Assembly (NCBI GenBank): GCA_015062235.1
Contig: SUUZ01000008.1
Location: 272 to 64,271, forward strand
From: Alphaproteobacteria bacterium
GTDB taxonomy: Bacteria > Pseudomonadota > Alphaproteobacteria > RF32 > CAG-239
Length of the DNA stretch: 64,000 bases
Reading direction: 5' to 3'
Shown: positions 34,580 to 44,704 of the stretch, piece after piece
How the letters are laid out: the number at the start of each line of letters is the position of its first letter
Position numbering within the stretch: position 1 is the stretch's first letter
Made by a program: the position numbers and the translations under genes
Notes under the pieces: generated by a model
What the model saw: only the letters and a program-made list of their open reading frames with translations
Told to the model about the DNA's origin: nothing
Databases searched by the model: none

Positions 34580-36337
34580 ATGCTAAAGAAACTAAAACAA
34601 TCCTCTCTAATCCAAAACTACTCTAAAATCTATCCATATGTAAAACCATATTGGATTAGGGCATTAATTGCTGTATTAATAACAATTCCAATCGGTTCTA
34701 TGGATGCGGTTATTGCATGGTCTTTGAAACCTTATATGGATGTGGTTATGCTTGAACAACAAACCACTGCTAGTCAAACTATGTTAATTCCTGTATTAAT
34801 CATAGTTTTTAGTTCACTTCAAAGCCTTTTCAATTATACCGCAACCTATATGAATACTTGGGTCGGACAGAAGATTGCCCAAGGAGTTAAGATAGATTTG
34901 TTTGATAAGCTAATGCACTATAATGCTGGATATTTCGATAAGCTGAACTCTGGCGATGTTTTATTTCGTTTTAATAACGATGTAGATATGGCTTGTAGTG
35001 GACTTTTAGCTAACTTAAAGCTTTTTACAACCAGAGTTTTTTCTTCCATTTCGTTGATTGCAGTGCTTTTTTATAATTCTTGGCAATTAGCTTTGGTTGC
35101 AGTTGTGGTTTTAGCAGGAGCTTTATATCCACTTACAACCGTAAGGAGAAAAATTAAATCTGTAATGGATAAAACTATTTTCTCTGGTGCTCGTGTGATG
35201 ACACACTATAATGAAACATTTAGTGGAAACCGTATTGTTACTTCATACAACTTATATGATTATCAAAATGAACGCTTTAAGGAAACATTACGTTCTGTAT
35301 TCAAACTAGGTATGAAAATGGTTCAACGTACGGGTATGATGTCTCCAATGATGCATTTTATTGTATCCTTGGGTATAGCTGCTGTGATTTGGCTTGGAAG
35401 CTATTTAATTGTAACTCATCAAATAACCCCAGGAAACTTCGTATCATTCATTACAGCCTTAATAATGCTTTACAATCCTATTAAATCCATTGGAAATAAC
35501 TTCAATTCGGTACAAATGGCTTTAATGGCTATGGAACGTGTATTTGGATTGTTAGAAGAAGTTCCTGTAATTACAAATAAGCCCAATGCAAAAAAACTAG
35601 GGAAAATCAAGAAATCTATCGACTATAAAGACGTTTGTTTTGAATATGTTAGTAATAAACCAATTCTTAAAAACATAAATTTAAGTATCAAATGTGGTGA
35701 AACCATAGCTTTTGTAGGTAATTCTGGTGGTGGTAAAACCACACTGGTAAACTTGTTGCCAAGATTTTATGATATTAAATCGGGAAGTATAAGCATTGAC
35801 GGACAAGATATCAGAGATTTAGAGCTAAATTCCTTGCGTGATAAGATAGCTATTGTGTTTCAAGACAATTTCTTGTTTTCAGGTACTATCAGAGAAAATA
35901 TCCTACTTGGTAGAACAGATGTAAGCGAAAAACAACTAAACGAAGCTATTAAATGTGCTTGTTTAGAAGAATTTATATCTAGTCTTGAAAAAGGTTTAGA
36001 TACCGAGATTGGTGAGCGAGGCGTTTTGCTTTCAGGTGGTCAAAAACAAAGAATAGCAATAGCTAGAGCTTTTATCAAAGATGCTCCTATTGTTATTTTA
36101 GATGAGGCAACATCAGCTCTTGATAATAAATCTGAAGCAGTTGTTCAACAAGCTATTGATAACCTAATGAAAGACAGAACGGTGTTTATTATTGCACACC
36201 GCCTATCTACTGTTAGGAATGCCGATAAGATTGTCGTTGTAAACTATGGTGAGATTGTAGAAATAGGAACACATGAAGAATTATTGGCAAAAGATAATTC
36301 TATCTATGGTTCTTTATACAAAACACAGATTAAATAG
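34580..36337 (+). CDS. MsbA/PglK-like ABC exporter (fused TMD-NBD)
   Basis: Six-TM N-terminal half. Walker A GNSGGGKTT, signature LSGGQKQR, Walker B VILDEATSALD, H-loop IAHRLST. Confidence 0.85.
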   Translation: MLKKLKQSSLIQNYSKIYPYVKPYWIRALIAVLITIPIGSMDAVIAWSLKPYMDVVMLEQQTTASQTMLIPVLIIVFSSLQSLFNYTATYMNTWVGQKIAQGVKIDLFDKLMHYNAGYFDKLNSGDVLFRFNNDVDMACSGLLANLKLFTTRVFSSISLIAVLFYNSWQLALVAVVVLAGALYPLTTVRRKIKSVMDKTIFSGARVMTHYNETFSGNRIVTSYNLYDYQNERFKETLRSVFKLGMKMVQRTGMMSPMMHFIVSLGIAAVIWLGSYLIVTHQITPGNFVSFITALIMLYNPIKSIGNNFNSVQMALMAMERVFGLLEEVPVITNKPNAKKLGKIKKSIDYKDVCFEYVSNKPILKNINLSIKCGETIAFVGNSGGGKTTLVNLLPRFYDIKSGSISIDGQDIRDLELNSLRDKIAIVFQDNFLFSGTIRENILLGRTDVSEKQLNEAIKCACLEEFISSLEKGLDTEIGERGVLLSGGQKQRIAIARAFIKDAPIVILDEATSALDNKSEAVVQQAIDNLMKDRTVFIIAHRLSTVRNADKIVVVNYGEIVEIGTHEELLAKDNSIYGSLYKTQIK

Positions 36338-36493
36338 CAACATTATCTATCATTTGAAATTTAAGATTTGTAAGTTCTTCGGATAATCTATCAGCTCGTG
36401 CTTTTTTATGCAAATACTGTTGCTTACAGTAACAATAAGTTATATATAATAATCTAAGCAAAGCCGTTATCAATCAAAAGGGATAGCAGACAA

Positions 36494-37171
36494 ATGCCAA
36501 AAGCAATTTTACTCGACTGGGACGAAACTCTTGCTCACACACGATGTTCCGTTATAGAGGCAATGGAACATACTCTAAAAAAATACAACAAAGAACCTTG
36601 GAATATTACAAAAACCAAATACAGAGACACCAAAAAATCACTAAAAGAAAACTTCCCCAATTTTTTTGGTTCAGATGCTAACAATGCTTATACCGAATAT
36701 CTAAAATACTACACCAAATATGCTTACAACAAAGTTTTGCCAATGGAAAATGCCAGTTCTTTTCTAAAGTTCTGCAATCAAAACAATATCGATTTATATA
36801 TTGTTTCCAACAAAGAAAAATCTTTACTGCTAAAGGAAGTCGACATTTGCTTTCCTAATATCTTATTTAAAAAAATTCTAGGTAATGGCGATGCCCCTCA
36901 AAACAAGCCAAGTCCTGATCCCGTTTTTACCGCACTAGACAATGTCTGTTATAAGATAGACAAAGATAATGTTTGGCTAATTGGCGATAGCAAACAAGAT
37001 ACCGAATGCGCATACAATGCTAATATTCAACCAATTTTGCTTGGTAAAGGAAAATTTATGGACGATGCTTATATCAAAGCAAAAACAAATTCTTCCTTAC
37101 CATTACTGGTTTTTGAAGATTTTAAAGAAATTGCTAATTATCTACGTCTCAAAATTGATAACACAATCTAA
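36494..37171 (+). CDS. HAD-superfamily phosphatase (phosphoglycolate phosphatase-like)
   Basis: LLDWDETLAHT (DxDxT), VSNK, and GDSKQDTECA motifs. Confidence 0.7.
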   Translation: MPKAILLDWDETLAHTRCSVIEAMEHTLKKYNKEPWNITKTKYRDTKKSLKENFPNFFGSDANNAYTEYLKYYTKYAYNKVLPMENASSFLKFCNQNNIDLYIVSNKEKSLLLKEVDICFPNILFKKILGNGDAPQNKPSPDPVFTALDNVCYKIDKDNVWLIGDSKQDTECAYNANIQPILLGKGKFMDDAYIKAKTNSSLPLLVFEDFKEIANYLRLKIDNTI

Positions 37172-37179
37172 AAAAAACA

Positions 37180-37210
37180 AAAGAGTTGCAAAAATATTTG
37201 CAACTCTTTT
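37180..37210. terminator. Bidirectional terminator between the HAD gene and tRNA-Leu
   Basis: Perfect 13-bp stem aaagagttgcaaa/tttgcaactcttt with a 4-nt loop. The T-run is strong on the minus strand (after the tRNA) and modest on the plus strand. Confidence 0.8.
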
Positions 37211-37218
37211 ACTTTAGT

Positions 37219-37304
37219 TGGTAGGGGTGGTCAGACTCGAACTGACACGGCCTGAGGCCACAAGATTTTGAGTCTAGCGCGTCTACCAGTTCCGCCACAC
37301 CCCC
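37219..37304 (-). tRNA. tRNA-Leu (anticodon CAA), CCA encoded
   Basis: The reverse complement folds as GGGGGTG-TG-GCGG-AACTGGTAG-ACGC-G-CTAGA-CTCAAAA-TCTTG-TGGCCTCAGGCCGT-GTCAG-TTCGAGT-CTGAC-CACCCCT-ACCA. It has a long variable arm (class II) and a GTTCGAGTC T-arm. There is one U-U in the anticodon stem and a G1-U72 pair. Confidence 0.9.
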
Positions 37305-37463
37305 ATAAACTGAATGAATTGATAATATATTTATTTGCTATAGTCAATATTTTTTTTATAGAAAAATATAATTTTTTTTATAGCCATTGATTTTATATCC
37401 TCTTTATAACCATAAATCAAATAATTATATCATCATTATCAAACCACTATAAGAGGCAATAAA

Positions 37464-37661
37464 ATGCATATTCTAACCCCAAATAACCTACTGGATTATC
37501 AAAAAAATTTGCAATTTTATCGCAAAATTGATTGCCCATATCCTAAAGGAATAATTTTTGTCAACAATCATTTATGGAACAAAGAACGTTATCTATCACC
37601 ATATCATTTTGAGCACAAAAAAAACCACAATCAATACAATCGTGGCATTTGTTTACAATAA
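37464..37661 (+). CDS. Possible small protein (65 aa), unknown function
   Basis: Good AAGAGG SD 7 nt before the ATG, but no recognisable family. Confidence 0.3.
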   Translation: MHILTPNNLLDYQKNLQFYRKIDCPYPKGIIFVNNHLWNKERYLSPYHFEHKKNHNQYNRGICLQ

Positions 37662-37669
37662 AAAAATAA

Positions 37670-38032
37670 TTAGGCTTTGCCAGACAAACCTCTTGCAATA
37701 TTCATATTGATATCAATCAATATATCCAACTTCTTAGGTTCTGGATTGGTCATTATCTCAACAGTTCTTTTAAATATAAAAGATGCTAAATTAAGTATAT
37801 TTTGCCTAATTTCTGGTGGTTGAGGACAATCATCTTCCTTCATTGCAGATGCCAAAATACTCCACAAATGACGATTCTTATCCAAAGCTGAAGACAACTC
37901 ATCTTTCGAAGTTTCCCAATTTTCTTTAACTTTGTTGAGCGCTGCTGCCGTACGTATAAGCGCCCTAGCTTCAAGCTCAGCCTCGCTCATTCCAGCAACT
38001 TCATTTTGGGCATATCCAGCCAGTGTATTCAT
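37670..38032 (-). CDS. flaF: Flagellar biosynthesis regulator FlaF
   Basis: 120 aa. Family-typical segments: EAELEARALIRTAAAL, NRHLWSILASAM, PPEIRQNILNLASFIFKRT, and a C-terminal LIDINMNIARGLSG. Confidence 0.7.
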   Translation of the reverse strand: MNTLAGYAQNEVAGMSEAELEARALIRTAAALNKVKENWETSKDELSSALDKNRHLWSILASAMKEDDCPQPPEIRQNILNLASFIFKRTVEIMTNPEPKKLDILIDINMNIARGLSGKA

Positions 38033-38124
38033 TTTATGGTTTTGTCCTTAAAATAAAAGATTTTTTAACAGATATAATGATATAGTTATCACAAATATAG
38101 TCAACCTTGGAGATAAAAGCAACC

Positions 38125-39045
38125 ATGAAAAAAATCCTGCTCACAATTTTTATTCTTTTTTCTATCATAACAACACCTTATCATGCTAATGCTTTTGTTC
38201 GTTATGAAGAAAAAAATCCTTTAGTCAGAACAGAATTACATATGACAGGATATATTGACTATGCACCATTCGGTTGGGTCGATAACCCTAATGCAATCGT
38301 TTATGGTAATTTTCACACGGTTTTTCAACCGATGATTGATTGGTTTATAAAAGAAGCCAATATTAAAATGCATTACGACCTTCAGCAAAAAACCTTTGAT
38401 GATTTAACCCAAAAGGTTCGTCAAGGCGATATTGATTTTTTAGTAGGAGCGTATTTCGAAACCGAAATATTTAAGGGACTTCATTTGCTATATCCTGCTG
38501 TTATCTACAACCCAATTACCGTATTTATGCTGCCTAATCGAATTAATGAGGTAAAATCAACCGATGACTTAAAAAAACTCAAAGGCGTGCGTAATACATA
38601 TGAATATTTCAGCGATTTTGTAGAAAAGAAAGTTGCTGAGCTCAATCCTGTAGAAGTCGATTCATCTTATGCAATGTTTGAAAAATTATTTACTCGCGAA
38701 GTAGACTATATAATAACTAGCTATTACTATGGTATGATTGAAGCAATTAAACTAGGATTAAAAAAACAAATAGCTCCAGCCAAACAAACTTTATGGAATA
38801 TTCCAGTATTTGTCGGAGTATCTAAAACATCACGCCATCGTGAACTTATATCAAAGCGCTTAACCAAATATCTTCAAGACAAAAATAATAAAGATATCAT
38901 TCAGAAGAATCTCCAGCAAATTATCAATGATTTTGAAAAACAGCATGAAGGTGTAGTTCCCCCAACATTTGGTTTAGAAAAGCCCGAAACAATAGAAAAA
39001 CAACAGACATCTGAAAACATTGATAACAAGCTTGACGCTAAATAA
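38125..39045 (+). CDS. Periplasmic solute-binding protein (family 3-like), orphan
   Basis: Signal peptide MKKILLTIFILFSIITTPYHANA and an SBP_bac_3-like core (GYIDYAPFGWVD, DIDFLVGAYF). No permease or ATPase gene is adjacent. The track start TTG 38107 is less likely than ATG 38125. Confidence 0.65.
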   Translation: MKKILLTIFILFSIITTPYHANAFVRYEEKNPLVRTELHMTGYIDYAPFGWVDNPNAIVYGNFHTVFQPMIDWFIKEANIKMHYDLQQKTFDDLTQKVRQGDIDFLVGAYFETEIFKGLHLLYPAVIYNPITVFMLPNRINEVKSTDDLKKLKGVRNTYEYFSDFVEKKVAELNPVEVDSSYAMFEKLFTREVDYIITSYYYGMIEAIKLGLKKQIAPAKQTLWNIPVFVGVSKTSRHRELISKRLTKYLQDKNNKDIIQKNLQQIINDFEKQHEGVVPPTFGLEKPETIEKQQTSENIDNKLDAK

Positions 39046-39069
39046 AAGAAAATATATATTCAAAGTACT

Positions 39070-39735
39070 ATGGTTCTATTGGTTCATCATACAACATCGC
39101 CTTTTGCACGCAAAATTCGTTTGCAAATGAGCGAAAAGAAGATGCTCTTCATCTTAAAAGAAGAAGAGCCATGGCGTTTGTCTGCCGATTTTTACAAACT
39201 AAATCCTGCAGGTGAGCTTCCTGTTTTTCTAAATGATGGTAATGTTATTGTCGGACACTACGCTATTTCTGAATATCTTGAAGAAACATCAACCGATATT
39301 CCTCTTATTTATGGTTCTTCCAAACAAAGAGCAGAAATTCGCCGCATGGTAGATTGGTTTGATAATAAGTTCTATCGCGAGGTTTATCGCAATATTGTTA
39401 CCGAAAAAGTTTACAAACGTTTTGCTAGTGGAGTTGCTCCAGATTCTAAAATATTAAAGATTGGTCTAAACAATATAGGCTATCATCTTGAATATATTGA
39501 ATGGCTTCTTGATAAACATCAATATTTGGTTGGTGAAGATATTTCATTGGCAGATATAACAGCAGCCGCCCATTTTTCAATAGTAGATTATTTGGGCGAT
39601 GTTCCGTGGGATGAATTTGCCGCATCAAAATTGTGGTATTCAAAGCTTAAATCGCGTCCCGCATTCAAGGATATTCTCAAAGATACTATTCGTGGTATTT
39701 TACCAGCCCGTAACTACACTAATTTGGACTTTTGA
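39070..39735 (+). CDS. Glutathione S-transferase family protein
   Basis: Thioredoxin-like N-domain (SPFARKIRLQM...LNPAGELPVF) and a helical C-domain (LADITAAAHFS). Confidence 0.75.
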   Translation: MVLLVHHTTSPFARKIRLQMSEKKMLFILKEEEPWRLSADFYKLNPAGELPVFLNDGNVIVGHYAISEYLEETSTDIPLIYGSSKQRAEIRRMVDWFDNKFYREVYRNIVTEKVYKRFASGVAPDSKILKIGLNNIGYHLEYIEWLLDKHQYLVGEDISLADITAAAHFSIVDYLGDVPWDEFAASKLWYSKLKSRPAFKDILKDTIRGILPARNYTNLDF

Positions 39736-39736
39736 T

Positions 39737-40204
39737 ATGAAAAAATTGTCAGTTATTGCTTGTTTGTTTTTAGCGTCTTGTTCATATTTTAGCGGAGGAG
39801 CAGGGCAGGTTGTATACCATTGGGAACGTACTCATACAGGTGTACAAAAATTTGCATCTGATCATGGTGAATGTTTGCTTCAGTCTAAAGCAATTCAATT
39901 TTTTCCTGATTTTCGTTCTTGGTTTTATACCGAAGAAACCAAAATTAATGCTAAAGCTGATTGGAATTCTAGTCGAGGTATTTGGGCAACATATATTCCC
40001 TATGATGGTGCTCAACCACTAATAGTTAATTCCCGCTATGACGATAGTGATATGAATCCTCAAGAATACGTTGCATGTATGAAGCAAAAAGGGTATTGGT
40101 TCCGTACACACGATATTCCTGAAATTACCAACATCAATCTTTACAAGGCATACCATCCTCAGTTGAACAAGCCATTTGGCAAACCGATTTATTACGATCA
40201 ATAG
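39737..40204 (+). CDS. Lipoprotein, unknown function
   Basis: MKKLSVIACLFLASCSY lipobox. The ATG at 39737 follows the GST stop TGA after a single base. The track ORF start (39599) lies inside the GST gene and is rejected. Confidence 0.65.
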   Translation: MKKLSVIACLFLASCSYFSGGAGQVVYHWERTHTGVQKFASDHGECLLQSKAIQFFPDFRSWFYTEETKINAKADWNSSRGIWATYIPYDGAQPLIVNSRYDDSDMNPQEYVACMKQKGYWFRTHDIPEITNINLYKAYHPQLNKPFGKPIYYDQ

Positions 40205-41588
40205 CCAAACCACCACCAACAGATTTATAAAAACTTACAATGTTTTGATATATCTTAGCATTGCTTTGTAAATATTCTTGTTCGGCACTTATTTTGTTTT
40301 GTTCAGCAGTCAACACGTCTGAAAATTCAATTAAACCATTTTGATATTTTCGCAAGCTTAATACACTTATTTCTTTGGTCGAATTCATCATAGCTTTTGC
40401 CGAGATGTTGCGTTTTGTTTCTTCTTTAACCGAATTTATTGCATTGCTAATATCAGCAACAGCATTAAGTAAACTAGCTTGATACAAAGCAAAAGCCTGT
40501 TTAGTGGCAGATTCTTGTAATTTTACTTGGTTAATTAATTCCCCCCAATGCAAAATTGGTAAATTAATTACCGCACCATTAGTATACATATTAAAATTAG
40601 GTCCAAAAATAGGCGAAAGAGTATTGTTTTGATATCCTAAAAAAGCACTTAAAGATACCGATGGAAACAAGTTAGCAATAGCTTGTCCAATTAAAGCATT
40701 TTCGGCAATTAATTGTTGTTCAGTTGCCTGCACATCTGGACGATTCCTAACAATATCTATAGGCAAGTCATAGAGAGAAGCTAATTCAAATGAAAATTTT
40801 TTATATAAAATATCTGATTTATTTTTAATTATATCTACAGGAAGTTTTCCTACCAATATTGATAAAGCATTTTGATATGATTTTTCTTCAAGCCTTAATT
40901 GAGGTATTTTCATTTTAGTTGAATCTAAAAGAGATTTTGCCTGTTCATAATCTAAACTATCAGCCAAACCAGCCTTGTATTTAGCTTCTACTGTTTCAAA
41001 AATATCTGTTTGTAATTTTAAGTTGTTTTCCATTAAGGATAACTGCTTTTCAGCCAATATCCAGTTAATATATTGATTAGCAATTTCTGAAATCAGCGAT
41101 ATTTTAACATTGTCAAAGTTAGCCGCAGTAGCTTTTAGCATTGCTCTAGCACTTTCATCAAGGCGTCGTCTTCCACCCCAAATATCAAGTTCCCAACTAG
41201 CATCAAGTCCCACTTGATAATAATCACTGTTAATAGGAAGAGCTCCAGCTAAAGTCTGGTTGCTTTTATTATATTGTCCTTTAGCATCAAAACTTGGTAA
41301 AAATCCAGACCTATCAATATATAGTTTATATCGTGCTTGTTGCATCTTTTCAATTGCTACTTTGATATTTGGACTGTGTTCTAACCCTTGTTCAATAAGC
41401 TTGTTTAAATTATCGTCTCCAAAGCTTTGATACCATAGAGGATTTATTTTTCTTTTAGAATTTGACTTAAGATAAAGACTGTCGGCAATTTTATTATTTT
41501 TATAAATAGGAGGGCGATGATAATTAGGTCCGACACTACAAGCAATACAAAGAAGAGAAATACTTCCTATCAAAAATATTTTTTTCAT
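40134..41588 (-). CDS. RND efflux outer-membrane factor lipoprotein (NodT/OprM family)
   Basis: Lipobox SISLLCIACSVGPNYHRPP and two OEP repeats. It ends with a ~25-aa extension beyond the usual ...GGG terminus. Confidence 0.9.
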   Translation of the reverse strand: MKKIFLIGSISLLCIACSVGPNYHRPPIYKNNKIADSLYLKSNSKRKINPLWYQSFGDDNLNKLIEQGLEHSPNIKVAIEKMQQARYKLYIDRSGFLPSFDAKGQYNKSNQTLAGALPINSDYYQVGLDASWELDIWGGRRRLDESARAMLKATAANFDNVKISLISEIANQYINWILAEKQLSLMENNLKLQTDIFETVEAKYKAGLADSLDYEQAKSLLDSTKMKIPQLRLEEKSYQNALSILVGKLPVDIIKNKSDILYKKFSFELASLYDLPIDIVRNRPDVQATEQQLIAENALIGQAIANLFPSVSLSAFLGYQNNTLSPIFGPNFNMYTNGAVINLPILHWGELINQVKLQESATKQAFALYQASLLNAVADISNAINSVKEETKRNISAKAMMNSTKEISVLSLRKYQNGLIEFSDVLTAEQNKISAEQEYLQSNAKIYQNIVSFYKSVGGGLAIDRNKSVCQMACSTEDGMPCKD

Positions 41589-44500
41589 TATTTTCTCCTC
41601 TCAAATGGATGCCATTCTTTTAAGTGTTCAAACAAAGAGAATAGGGCAGGAATAAATATTATACCAATAGATGTAGCAGCAATCATCCCATAAAAAACGG
41701 ACGAACCAATAGCAATTTGGCTTGCTGCTCCAGCCCCTGTTGCTACAATCATTGGAAATACGCCTAAAATAAAAGTCAAAGCAGTCATCAATACTGCACG
41801 AAACCTTTCACCAGCCCCTTTTTCTGAAGCCTCTAAAATAGAATAACCTTGTTCACGATAATCTTTAGTAAATTCGACAATAAGAATAGCATTTTTAGCC
41901 GCTAAACCAATTAGCATAATTAACCCAAGCTGAGCATAAATACTAAGTGCTTGTCCCATAAAATGAAGCCCAATAATAGCTCCTAAGATTGCAAAAACTG
42001 TAGAAAACATAACAGCAAAAGCAAGCATCCAACTTTCGTAAAGGGCTACCAAAAATAAATAACAAAATACAAGAGCTAGCATAATTAAAAATATAGCCAA
42101 TCCTGTCGCTTCTACTTCTTGTAAGCTTAAACCAGTCCAAGCAATTTGAAAGTTTTTAGGCAAAATTTTGTTAGCTATAGCTACAACAGTATCAATAGCT
42201 GTTCCACTACTTACTTCTGAAGCAGATTGAGCCGTAATAGCAGCAGTTGTATATAGATTATAACGATATAAAATTTTAGGTGAAACTTGCAATTTTGTAT
42301 TGGCAAAACTTTTAACCCTAACCATAGCCCCATCATTAGCTTTTACATATAAATTCATTACATTATCAATATTACGGCGATATGGATAATCTGCTTGCAC
42401 AATAACTTTATTTATTTGTCCATCTAATGTAATATTATTAACATAACTAGAACCCAAGTTATTATTTAATACATTAAACAGTGACGAAAGTGGAATACTG
42501 TGGCTTTCAAGTTTTGTTCGATTAATATCTAAAAAAATATGAGGTGTATCAGCAGTGTATGTACTAAATGCATAAGCTAAATTGGGATTTTGATTCAAAC
42601 TTTGCAAAAAGTTTTCCATTTCATTATAAAGTTGCAATCCTGTTGTATTACCATCAAGTGCTAACAATTGAAAAGACAACCCGTTAGCATTACCAATTCC
42701 TGGTATTGATGGTGGAGCAAAAAAGTCAACTTGTGCCTTATCATTATGTCCATATTGCATAACAAGTTTTTGAGTTATAGCTTCCATTGACAAATTTTTA
42801 TTTTTACGTTTATCCCAATCATCTAATCCAACAACACCCAAAGCTACATTTTCACCACCGCCACCAAGAATAGAATATCCAGCTACAGATATAAAATATT
42901 TGACCCCATCCATTGCCAATATCTCGCTTCCTAATTCAGCTAACACTTGATTAGTCTGATTAATTGTTGCCGTATTAGAGAGTTGAATATTAGCAAAAAC
43001 AATTCCTTGATCTTCTTCGGGTAAAAAAGATGTTGGTGTCATTTTAAAAGACAAGGCAATCAAGCCGATTGTTACCAAAGTAATTAGTGCTGTTAATTTG
43101 ACTTTGCTAGCAAAAAAACTAACAGCTTTAATGTATTTTTCTTTTCCTTTATCAATAAAAGCATCAAACTGTCTAAAAAATCCTTTAGCTTCTTTTTGTT
43201 TATCGTTTTTTAGAAAAATAGCACAAAGCGAAGGGCTTAATGTAAGGGCATTTATAGCTGAAAAAACAACGGATGTTGCAATAGTTACAGCAAATTGCTG
43301 ATAAATTTTTCCAGTAATTCCCGCCATTAATCCCACAGGTATAAAAATAGATAATAGCACAAATGTTGTAGCAACAATGGCACTACCTATTTGTTGCATA
43401 GCTTTAATTGAAGCGGTTTTAGAATCTAGCCCTTCATTAGCCATCAAATATTCAACTCGTTCAACCACAATAATAGCATCATCAACTACTAGTCCAATTG
43501 CCAAAATCATTGCAAATAAGGTTAATATATTTATATCAAACCCCAACATATAAATTACAGCAAAAGTAGCAATTAATGATACTGGAATTGTAATAAGAGG
43601 AATAAAAGTAGTTTTTATTTTTTGCAAAAATACATAAGTAACCAATACAACCAAAGAAAAAGTTATAACAAGTGTTTCTATAATACTAGCAATAGAAGCT
43701 CTAACAAAATTTGTTGAGTCATAAGCAACTTTAAATTCCATATCTTTAGGAAAACTTTTACTTAAAGTTTCTATTTCTTTTTGCACATTTTTCATAATAT
43801 CTAGCGAATTTGAGTTTGGTGTTTGGCTAAGCCCAATTATAACCGCAGGAGCATTATCATAATGGGCACTCATATTATAAGTATCAGCTCCAATTTCGAT
43901 TCTTGCCACATCTTTTAGTCTAACAATTCCGCCATTTTCAGATGTCGTAACAATAATATTTTCAAAATCTTCCACGCTATTTAATAGTCCTTTAGCTGTT
44001 AAAGACAAAACTACAGGATTATTTTCTGGACTAGGCGAAGAACCGACCGAACCTATAGATGCCTGAATATTTTGGCTACTAATTGCTGAGACGATATCTG
44101 TACTATTAAGGTTTAATGAGGCAATGACTTCAGGTTTTAACCAAATACGCATTGAGTGTTGCGGACCATAAATATCAACACTTCCCATGCCATCAATACG
44201 CAATAATGGGTTTTGAATATTGTTATAAGCAAAGTTTGATAAAAAAAGACTATCATAACTATTATTAGGCGAACGCAATACTAACATTGCCAACATATTA
44301 GAAAGCTGAGATGTAATATCAATTCCTTGTTTAGTAACAATTTCAGGTAGCTGAGAATTAACCTGTTGTAAGCGGTTTTGTACTTTAACTCTGGCAATAT
44401 CTGGGTCTGTACCAATATTAAATGTAATCGTAAGACTATAACTACCATTATCATCTGAACTTGATGACATATAAAGCATATCTTCAACACCATTAATCGC

Positions 44501-44704
44501 ATTTTCAATTGGTATGGCGACAGTATCTACCAAAACTTGAGCCGATGCTCCAGGGTAAGTAGCTTTAACAATAATTTGCGGTGGTGTAATATTAGGATAT
44601 TGCGAAATTGGTAAAACACCAATAGCCAAAAGACCAAGCAAAACTAAAACTATCGACACAACACCTGCAAATCTGGGCTTGTCAATAAAAAATTTTGAAA
44701 ACAT
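41588..44704 (-). CDS. RND multidrug efflux permease (AcrB/HAE1 family)
   Basis: 1038 aa, 12-TM AcrB architecture. N-terminus [24 protein letters not shown]. Conserved TM4 region [14 protein letters not shown]. Confidence 0.95.
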   Translation of the reverse strand: MFSKFFIDKPRFAGVVSIVLVLLGLLAIGVLPISQYPNITPPQIIVKATYPGASAQVLVDTVAIPIENAINGVEDMLYMSSSSDDNGSYSLTITFNIGTDPDIARVKVQNRLQQVNSQLPEIVTKQGIDITSQLSNMLAMLVLRSPNNSYDSLFLSNFAYNNIQNPLLRIDGMGSVDIYGPQHSMRIWLKPEVIASLNLNSTDIVSAISSQNIQASIGSVGSSPSPENNPVVLSLTAKGLLNSVEDFENIIVTTSENGGIVRLKDVARIEIGADTYNMSAHYDNAPAVIIGLSQTPNSNSLDIMKNVQKEIETLSKSFPKDMEFKVAYDSTNFVRASIASIIETLVITFSLVVLVTYVFLQKIKTTFIPLITIPVSLIATFAVIYMLGFDINILTLFAMILAIGLVVDDAIIVVERVEYLMANEGLDSKTASIKAMQQIGSAIVATTFVLLSIFIPVGLMAGITGKIYQQFAVTIATSVVFSAINALTLSPSLCAIFLKNDKQKEAKGFFRQFDAFIDKGKEKYIKAVSFFASKVKLTALITLVTIGLIALSFKMTPTSFLPEEDQGIVFANIQLSNTATINQTNQVLAELGSEILAMDGVKYFISVAGYSILGGGGENVALGVVGLDDWDKRKNKNLSMEAITQKLVMQYGHNDKAQVDFFAPPSIPGIGNANGLSFQLLALDGNTTGLQLYNEMENFLQSLNQNPNLAYAFSTYTADTPHIFLDINRTKLESHSIPLSSLFNVLNNNLGSSYVNNITLDGQINKVIVQADYPYRRNIDNVMNLYVKANDGAMVRVKSFANTKLQVSPKILYRYNLYTTAAITAQSASEVSSGTAIDTVVAIANKILPKNFQIAWTGLSLQEVEATGLAIFLIMLALVFCYLFLVALYESWMLAFAVMFSTVFAILGAIIGLHFMGQALSIYAQLGLIMLIGLAAKNAILIVEFTKDYREQGYSILEASEKGAGERFRAVLMTALTFILGVFPMIVATGAGAASQIAIGSSVFYGMIAATSIGIIFIPALFSLFEHLKEWHPFERRK

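Noticed and set aside
39599-39736. N-terminal 46-codon extension of the lipoprotein ORF
   Set aside because: It would overlap the GST gene in another frame. The ATG at 39737 gives a textbook lipoprotein signal peptide, and it starts one base after the GST stop.
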